This document shows, piece after piece, positions 57,512 to 64,000 of a DNA stretch of 64,000 bases. How positions within the stretch are numbered: the first letter of the stretch is position 1; each line of letters starts with the position of its first letter. The notes beneath the pieces are model-generated. The model was not told the origin of the DNA, made no database searches, and was given only the letters and a program-made list of their open reading frames with translations. Origin of the DNA: an uncultured Candidatus Rokubacteria bacterium (lineage in GTDB: Bacteria > Methylomirabilota > Methylomirabilia > Rokubacteriales > CSP1-6); assembly GCA_963754315.1 (NCBI GenBank), contig CAVWFS010000018.1, positions 320,001 to 384,000 of the forward strand, in the 5' to 3' direction. A program made the translations under genes and the position numbers.

Positions 57512-59138
57512 TTAGCGATCGAGCCAGGCGGCCGTCAGGCGGCCACCGTAGTCGTAGCCCAGGTTGGGCCCGTAGTTCTTGACGGCGCCGTCCCACGCGG
57601 CGACGTAGACGACCGACGGCATCTGCACGTAGTACTGCTGCTTGGCCAGGTGGCGCTGGATGTCGTAGATGACGTCGCGGCGCTTGGCCAGGTCGAACGT
57701 CCGCCGCTGGCGCACGAGCATGTCGGCCACCACCGGGTCGTTGATGTGGCTCTGGTTCTTGAGCTCCCCCGGGTAGTACTGGCCGAACAGGAAGTTGTCG
57801 GGCTCCAGGAACGGGGTCTGCGGGCCGATAGGTCAGCGACTCGAACTTACCGTAGAAGCAGGTCGAGATGTAGGCCCCGTACTCCTTGGTATCGACCTTG
57901 GCGTCGATCCCCACGTCCTTCAGGTCCTTGACCACGAGCTGCATCGAGTCCATGAGGATGGAGGACCCATAGCCGTGGAAGCACATGCTGGCCGGAAAGC
58001 CGTTGGGATGACCAGCGGCCGCCAGCAGTCGTTTGGCCTCCGCCTTGTCGTGCTTGTAGTATTTCGCGCCCTCTCCGAGCTGGGCCATGGGAATCGACCA
58101 ATCCTTGAGGGCGGCCGGTACAGGCGGGTTGTAGACGCCCACACCCTCGTAGACCGAATCGATGATGCCCTGACGGTCGATGGCCAGCGACATAGCCTGC
58201 CGGACTCTCGGGTCGTTGAACGGTGGTTTGTCCGTGCGCATCGAGATGTGGTTCATCACGTTCGCGGGAAACTCGGCGGTGCGAAGGTTTGGCCGCCGCT
58301 GCTTGAGAGTGTCCTTGATCTGCACCCAGTCGGTGCGGTTGATTTGGCCGGGGAATTCCCAGCCGAGGTCGTACTTACCAGCCAGGAAGGCGGACATACG
58401 GGAGGCGTTGTCCTCGTCGACGAACATCTCCACGCGGTCGATGTAGGGCAGCCCCGCCACGAAGTAAGTCGGGTTGCGCACGAAGGTGAGGCCGACGTTC
58501 GGCTTGTAGGTGTCGAGCATCCAGGGCCCGGTACCCACCACCGACTCCGGCTTCTTGAGATCGCCGAACTTCTCCACGCATTCACGGGCAACGATGGCAA
58601 CCGCCATTGGATTGGCTAGCACGTCCAGGAACCAGGCGAAGGGCTGCTTGAGCGTGAAGCGCACGGTGTGGCGATCGACGGCCTCGACCTTGTCCACGTC
58701 CTTCAGCATGTACGCGTTGGCGTTGCCCTTCACGGTGAGGAAGCGGTTCACCGTGTAGACCACGTCGTCAGCCGTCAGCTCGCGGCCGTTCACGGGAGGC
58801 TTGTTCTGCCACCGCACGCCGGGCCGCAGCTTGAAGACATACGTCGTCTCGTTCGGCTGACTCCACGACTCGGCCAGGTCTCCCTCGATCGGGAAGGTGC
58901 CGGGCTGAACGGCGGGCCCCGCCTTGTGCTTGAGCAGCCGGCTATGGGTGAAGGTGTAGGGGATGTGCGTCTTGAAGGCGATGGTCAGCATGGGGTCAAA
59001 GTGGGCAGGGTCCCACGTCCGGAGGGCGAGGGTGCCGCCGCGCTTCGGCGCTTGACCGAGGGCAATCTGGGGGGACAGCGAGGCCGCGGTGAGGGTGGCA
59101 CCGCCAAGGGCCAGGAGATCACGGCGAGTCAGGGTCAT
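57512..59138 (-). CDS. Family-5 ABC substrate-binding protein with Tat signal (paralog 1; +1 frameshift at ~57827)
   Basis: MTLTRRDLL. Alignment to paralog 2 (TYGPQTPFL) shows one extra base at 57827. The true C-terminus is the 57512-57733 ORF ending AAWLDR. Confidence 0.88.
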
Positions 59139-59355
59139 CAGGTCCTCCTTTGGAACCGCCTCGTCAATGAGGGCACAGTCCTAACTGCCCGGGGCCGGAC
59201 GAAGTTGCCGGATAATACCCTGGCCGCCGGGCCCCTCCAAACGGATTCCGCCTGGATGACGCAAAGCGCAATCGGAGAAGGAGGTGGGATCGGTCCGGAG
59301 CCTTCGACGGCTTCGACGGCATTGTGCTAAGGTTCGGCAGCCGGGGAGGAGAACG

Positions 59356-60624
59356 ATGACGAGTGTGTCACGGCGACGGTTCCTGAGTGTGTCCGGAGCC
59401 GCGCTTGGATGGGCAACTCTGGCAGGAGTGGCGGGCTGCGCGTCGTCGATGCGGGGCGACTTCGCCCCCAAGCGCGGCAAGCGCGTGGTCGTGATCGGGG
59501 GCGGCTGGGGCGGGGCCACGGCATCGAAGTATGTGCGCCTGGCGGATCCCTCGACAGAGGTGATCCTGCTCGAGCCGAACAAGCAGTTCATCTCGTGCCC
59601 GATGAGCAATTTGGTCCTGAGCGGGGTGCGGACGATCGAGAGCTTGACTATCTCGTACGACGGGCTGCGCCGGCACGGGGTCAAGGTCATGCACGAGCGA
59701 GCGTTGGCGCTCGATCCGGCCGCGCGCCGAGTCCGGGTAGGGGAAGGCTATCTCGAGTACGACCGGCTCATCCTCTCGCCGGGTATCGACTTCCAGTGGG
59801 ACCAGGTCCAGGGGCTCGCGGAAGCGCAAGACGTCGTCCTGAATGCGTGGAAGGCGGGCCCCCAGACGGTGGCGTTGGCGTCGCAGATCCAGTCCATGGC
59901 GGACGGTGGTGTCTTCGTGATGACGGTTCCCCCGGCCGCCTACCGGTGCCCGCCCGGTCCCTACGAGCGGGTTTGCCAGGTGGGATGGTACCTGAAGAAC
60001 CACAAACCAAAATCCAAGCTCATCGTCCTGGACGCCAATCCGAACATCGTGTCCAAGGCGGCACTGTTTCGGGAGGCGTGGAAAGCCTATCCCAGCATCG
60101 ACTACCGGCCCTCCAGCAAGGTGGTGAAGGTTGACGTGAGCACACGCACGGTGAGCACAGAGCTCGGTGACAGCGTGAAGTATGACGTGTTGAACCTGAT
60201 TCCGCCCCAGCGGGCGGCCGCCATCGCGGTGGAGGCCGACCTGGTGGGCGGCGACCGGCGCTGGTGCGAAGTCGACCATATTACCTATGAATCGGTGAAA
60301 GCCAAGAACGTCCACGTTATCGGCGATTGCACCATCGGCATTCCGGTACCGAAGTCGGGCACCGTTGCCAACGCCATGGGAAAAATCTGCGCCAACGCTG
60401 TGGTCAGCCTCGTCAACGGCCGGCCCGTGATTCCGATGGCACCCATCAACGTGTGCTACAGCTGGGTCAACGATCGGGAAGCCGTGGCCGTGATCAATGC
60501 GTACCGGCTGGAGAACAGCAAGGTCGTCCAGATCGAGCAGAAGCTGACACCAGGGCAGTCGGTAGCATTCGGCGAGAACGCCTTGAGCTGGGCACAGAGC
60601 ATTTGGGGTGACGTCCTTGGCTAG
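59356..60624 (+). CDS. fccB: Flavocytochrome c sulfide dehydrogenase flavoprotein subunit (FccB/SoxF-like)
   Basis: SRRRFL Tat signal, GGGWGG, SCPMSN, RCPPGPYER, PKSG..AN, NVCYS. Confidence 0.88.
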   Translation: MTSVSRRRFLSVSGAALGWATLAGVAGCASSMRGDFAPKRGKRVVVIGGGWGGATASKYVRLADPSTEVILLEPNKQFISCPMSNLVLSGVRTIESLTISYDGLRRHGVKVMHERALALDPAARRVRVGEGYLEYDRLILSPGIDFQWDQVQGLAEAQDVVLNAWKAGPQTVALASQIQSMADGGVFVMTVPPAAYRCPPGPYERVCQVGWYLKNHKPKSKLIVLDANPNIVSKAALFREAWKAYPSIDYRPSSKVVKVDVSTRTVSTELGDSVKYDVLNLIPPQRAAAIAVEADLVGGDRRWCEVDHITYESVKAKNVHVIGDCTIGIPVPKSGTVANAMGKICANAVVSLVNGRPVIPMAPINVCYSWVNDREAVAVINAYRLENSKVVQIEQKLTPGQSVAFGENALSWAQSIWGDVLG

Positions 60625-60657
60625 CGACGACGGCTCGAGGACGGCGGGGACGGGACT

Positions 60658-61263
60658 ATGAGAGTGACGCGAGCCAGGCTGAGCGGGCTGCTGGTGTTCG
60701 CCGCCACCCTCGCCGTGGCCGGCGGGGCCGCGGCAGGGCCGCTGGATCCTCCCGGCTACCAGAAGGCGTTTTCCTGCAGCGCGTGCCATGGCTTCGCCGG
60801 CAACAGCCAGACGGCGACCACACCAATCCTGGCCGGCATGGCTCCCTGGTATTTCAAGAAGGCCACCGAGGACTATGCCAGCGGCAAGCGACCGTCGGCA
60901 GAGATGGAGTCGTACGCGAAGATGGTTACCATCCTCGGCGTGGACGAGGTCGCCGCGTACTTTGCGGCCCAACCCAAGCAGCCGAGCCCCATCAAGCTGG
61001 ATCCGGCCGCGGTGGAACGCGGTCGCGCCGCCTCGGCGCCGTGCGTGGTCTGTCACGGGCCGGCCGGCAGAGGCGATCCGAGCCGGCAAGTACCCGACAT
61101 CACGGGTCAGCCGCCAGGCTATCTTCAGCTCCAGATGCTGAAGTTCAAGGCCGATACGCGGAGTCCCCAAGATCCAGCTTTGAAGGCTCTGAAGACGCTG
61201 ATGGCGACGATTCCCGACGCCACCTTGAGCGACTTGGCCGCCTATTATTCGAGCCTGCGCTAG
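60658..61263 (+). CDS. Diheme cytochrome c (c4/FccA-like)
   Basis: Signal peptide and two CxxCH motifs (CSACH, CVVCH). Follows fccB. Confidence 0.88.
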   Translation: MRVTRARLSGLLVFAATLAVAGGAAAGPLDPPGYQKAFSCSACHGFAGNSQTATTPILAGMAPWYFKKATEDYASGKRPSAEMESYAKMVTILGVDEVAAYFAAQPKQPSPIKLDPAAVERGRAASAPCVVCHGPAGRGDPSRQVPDITGQPPGYLQLQMLKFKADTRSPQDPALKALKTLMATIPDATLSDLAAYYSSLR

Positions 61264-61326
61264 GCTGGGGCCTGGTCGCCGGCCGCGGGTTCGGGGTGCG
61301 GATGGCGTTGGGCGGCGGCACCACTG

Positions 61327-62187
61327 ATGTCTCCCGACAGCGTTCCGTGGTGGGTGTGGCCGTCGGTCCTCTTCGTCGTTACCTTCGCGCTCGGCCTGGT
61401 GGCGGTGGTGGGTGGGCTCGGCGGCGGGACGATCTTCGTCCCCATCGTGGCGGGATTCTTCCCGTTTCATCTCGACTTCGTGCGGGCGGCCGGGCTTCTC
61501 GTCGCATTGTCCGGCGCGTTGGCGGCCGGGCCCCACCTACTCCGCATGAACCTGGCCGACCTACGGTTGGCCATCCCGATCGCGCTCGTCACCTCCGCTT
61601 CTGCCATCGTGGGGGCACGGGTCGGCCTCGCCCTGCCGACGGCCCTGCTTCAGATCTCGCTGGGACTGATCGTCTTCGGTCTTCTCGCCGTCGTCCTTCT
61701 GGTGCGGCGCGCTGACGTGCCTGAGTCGGCGCAGGGAGACTCCCTCTCACGTTGGCTCGGCATCGAGGGGGTGTACTACGAGGCGACCTTGCAACGTCTG
61801 GTCGAATGGCGCGTGCAGCGGACGGGTCAGGGCCTCGTCCTCTTCGTCTTCATCGGCATCATGGCCGGGATGTTCGGCATTGGTGCGGGTTGGGCCAACG
61901 TCCCCGTCCTGAACTTGGTCATGGGAGTGCCCCTGAAGGTTGCGGCCGGCACCAGCGTCCTCCTGCTCTCGGTCACAGACACGACGGCGGCCTGGATCTA
62001 CCTGCACCAGGGAGCGATCCTGCCGCTGATCGTGGTCCCGTCGGTGCTGGGGGTGATGCTTGGCGCTCGCGTCGGAGTTGGGCTCCTGGACACGGCGAAG
62101 CCGCAGACCGTGCGGGCCATTGTCATCGTGGTCCTCTTCCTGTCGGGTATCCGCTCGCTCCTGAAGGGACTCGAGGTGTGGCCGTGA
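61327..62187 (+). CDS. TauE/SafE family sulfite exporter
   Basis: Repeated GLGGG.IFVP / GIGAGWANVP motifs, PLKVAAGTS, about 8 TMs. Confidence 0.88.
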   Translation: MSPDSVPWWVWPSVLFVVTFALGLVAVVGGLGGGTIFVPIVAGFFPFHLDFVRAAGLLVALSGALAAGPHLLRMNLADLRLAIPIALVTSASAIVGARVGLALPTALLQISLGLIVFGLLAVVLLVRRADVPESAQGDSLSRWLGIEGVYYEATLQRLVEWRVQRTGQGLVLFVFIGIMAGMFGIGAGWANVPVLNLVMGVPLKVAAGTSVLLLSVTDTTAAWIYLHQGAILPLIVVPSVLGVMLGARVGVGLLDTAKPQTVRAIVIVVLFLSGIRSLLKGLEVWP

Positions 62188-62603
62188 GACCCGTCGGCCA
62201 CCTTCCGCCGACCCGGGAGGCCCTCCTGTTCGCGCGTACCTTGCAGGTGGGGACCTGGTTGAGCCTGGCCGTTCTCATACTGGCCTTTGCGGGCTACGTG
62301 AGCGGCGCCGTGAGACCGCTGGTGGCCATCGAGGAGCTGCCGAGTGTTTGGGGACTCCGGGCATCAGACTTTGCGGCACGGGCTGGTGTACCCCGGGGCT
62401 GGGGTTGGATCAGCTTGCTCCGCTACGCGGATCTTCAATCCTTGCTGGGGGTGGCGATGCTGGCCGGACTTTCCTTCGTGGCATACCTGACGCTCCTGCC
62501 GGCATTCCTGCGCAAGGGTGACACTCCGTACGCGCTGATCAGCGCCGTTCAGCTGGTCGTCCTGCTCTTGGCCGCGAGCGGCCTCGTCTCGACCGGCCAC
62601 TGA
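62184..62603 (+). CDS. DUF1634-like membrane protein
   Basis: GTGA overlap with TauE, about 3 TMs, GD..YA motif. TauE-DUF1634 pairing is common. Confidence 0.7.
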   Translation: MRPVGHLPPTREALLFARTLQVGTWLSLAVLILAFAGYVSGAVRPLVAIEELPSVWGLRASDFAARAGVPRGWGWISLLRYADLQSLLGVAMLAGLSFVAYLTLLPAFLRKGDTPYALISAVQLVVLLLAASGLVSTGH

Positions 62604-62778
62604 GAAGTCTGGCGGGATTGCCGCGGGGGGCGGGCGTAGCCCGAGGCCGACGGACCTCGTAGCGTTGAAGCTCAAGGCAGGGACAGATCTTGACGGTTTC
62701 TTGCCTTGCTCGCCCTGGGTCTTGATGGCGACCTGACGTGCGTTCAACCCACACTTGTAATTGACTTGGGGGTTAGGA

Positions 62779-63204
62779 ATGTATCACGTCGGGAACTCGA
62801 GCGGGGCTCCACGGCCGTCATGGTGGAAGCTCTATGCGTTCGTCTTGGCCGCTCTCATGCTGGTCGCCCTTGTGGAGATGAAGGTGCCGGCTGGACCGGG
62901 GCACACCGGCATGCAGATCATCGCGGCCCTCATTCCCTTTGGCGCGATGGCGCTGTGGGTCCGTGCCAACAAGGTTGGGCTCGCGCTGGACGGCCGGCGC
63001 AGGGGAGACTGGCGCCGCGCCGCTCTGGAGGCCACCAGTCTCGCGTGGCCCGTGTCGGATGCCGACGAGACGGATCATGGCGATCGGCCGGCGGCCGGGA
63101 GCCTCGCGAAGCATCGAGGAGAGTCCACAAGAGGCAGGGGTATTCCTGATTTCCATCTGAGGGAGGTTAGCGATGAGCGCGGTGCTCTCGCGGTTCGTGG
63201 ATGA
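62779..63204 (+). CDS. Hypothetical membrane protein
   Basis: Two hydrophobic segments, ending FGAMALWVRAN. No family recognised. Confidence 0.5.
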   Translation: MYHVGNSSGAPRPSWWKLYAFVLAALMLVALVEMKVPAGPGHTGMQIIAALIPFGAMALWVRANKVGLALDGRRRGDWRRAALEATSLAWPVSDADETDHGDRPAAGSLAKHRGESTRGRGIPDFHLREVSDERGALAVRG

Positions 63205-63703
63205 CGTTCCCGTGGTGCTCCACGCCGACCCGAACGCGGCAGGCCGGCCCGTGACGCGGGTAGGCGACATCATGACCTCTGTCCCCATCACGGCTGATGC
63301 TGCCATGTCCGTCGACGAGGCCGCGCGACTGATGCTTGAACACGGAGTCACCGGTCTCCCGGTCACGCAGGACGGGGCGGTGGTCGGCGTCATCACGCAG
63401 GCGGATCTCGTGGTGCGTCTGGTCCCACGAGGCCGTGTCTCGTGGTGGACGGTGTTCATCGACCACGAGCGCCTCGCCCGTGAGTGCCAGCAGGCGAGAG
63501 GGGCCACGGTCGGTGAGGTCATGAGTCGCCCTGCAGTGGTGGCCGCTGCCGATGATCCATTGGAGATGGCCGCCCGACTTCTCGAGGAGTATCGGATCGG
63601 TCGGCTGCCCGTGCTGGATCACGGCCGTCTGGTCGGCATCGTGACTCAGTCAGACTTACTGCGGGCGTTGGCTGGATCGCCGTCAACCTTGCCCAAAAGC
63701 TGA
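63173..63703 (+). CDS. CBS domain pair protein
   Basis: VGDIMT, GLPV..VGVITQADL, VGEVMS, RLPV..LVGIVTQSDLL. GGAGG RBS. Confidence 0.9.
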   Translation: MSAVLSRFVDDVPVVLHADPNAAGRPVTRVGDIMTSVPITADAAMSVDEAARLMLEHGVTGLPVTQDGAVVGVITQADLVVRLVPRGRVSWWTVFIDHERLARECQQARGATVGEVMSRPAVVAAADDPLEMAARLLEEYRIGRLPVLDHGRLVGIVTQSDLLRALAGSPSTLPKS

Positions 63704-63837
63704 CCCCAAGCCGCCCACCGGGGTTGGCCATGACACGCTCTTGCCGCCCCGCCCCCTCATCTTGACGCTCTCTTAACGCACTGCGGGCATCTCATGAGTC
63801 GATCGCGACCCGAGGGGACGCACGGGAGGGAACAGTC

Positions 63838-64000
63838 ATGACACTCGAACTGAGCCACGCGGAGACTGAACAGCTCCAGCACGCTCTGGGCGGCTATCTG
63901 TCGGAACTGCGAATGGAGATCGCCGACACCGACAGCTATGACTACCGCCAGAACCTCAAAGCCCGAAAGTCCGTGCTGAACGGAATTCTTGCGAAGCTGG
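63838..64000 (+). CDS. Small hypothetical protein (3' truncated by window edge)
   Basis: GGGAGGG RBS, then MTLELSHAETEQLQHALGGYLSELRMEIADTDSYDYRQNLKARK... stays open to the window end. Not in the ORF track. Confidence 0.65.
   Translation, partial: MTLELSHAETEQLQHALGGYLSELRMEIADTDSYDYRQNLKARKSVLNGILAKL

Noticed and set aside
55869..59138. 1089-aa double-domain SBP in the ORF track
   Set aside because: It is created by one extra base at ~57827. The second gene has its own RBS and Tat signal, and the first gene's true C-terminus is in another frame.
62660..63780. Possible FNR/CRP boxes near the CBS gene (TTGAC... half-sites at ~62690, ~62732 and ~63762)
   Set aside because: None has the TTGAT-N4-ATCAA spacing with a convincing second half-site.

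Overview
High-GC bacterial chromosomal window, densely coding, with no rRNA, tRNA, CRISPR array or transposase that I can support. The many family-5 solute-binding proteins and GC-rich palindromic repeats suggest Candidatus Rokubacteria/Methylomirabilota, but that is inference only. In order, it holds: an imuB-dnaE2 mutagenesis cassette; a frameshifted Gfo/Idh/MocA oxidoreductase; a peptide/nickel-type ABC importer; an M24 peptidase; a REP-like repeat mosaic; SDR, pgl and gluconokinase; and a four-gene operon. That operon is led by a selenoprotein the ORF track misses: an in-frame UGA in a U-G-S-C motif, a SECIS-like hairpin, and similarity to the GrdB/PrdB C-terminal domain. Next come a tungsten AOR module, glyoxylate/propionate-related genes, a molybdopterin oxidoreductase-PhzF pair and a tandem beta-barrel protein. 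A ~16 kb hopanoid cluster follows (hpnN, ino1, mlaCDFE-like, shc, cruF-like, hpnH, unknown, hpnG, hpnA, hpnD, two Zn-dehydrogenases, ispH). The window ends with thrC, an orphan Hcp, an EF-G paralog, a second ABC importer with tandem Tat-exported binding proteins, a flavocytochrome c sulfide dehydrogenase-TauE-DUF1634 module and CBS/hypothetical genes. Many genes carry single-base, mostly +1, frameshifts that look like long-read errors, and these create two false fusions in the ORF track. The strongest candidates for undescribed biology are the UGSC selenoprotein operon and the accessory genes inside the hopanoid cluster. All assignments come from motif recognition by eye; no searches were run.
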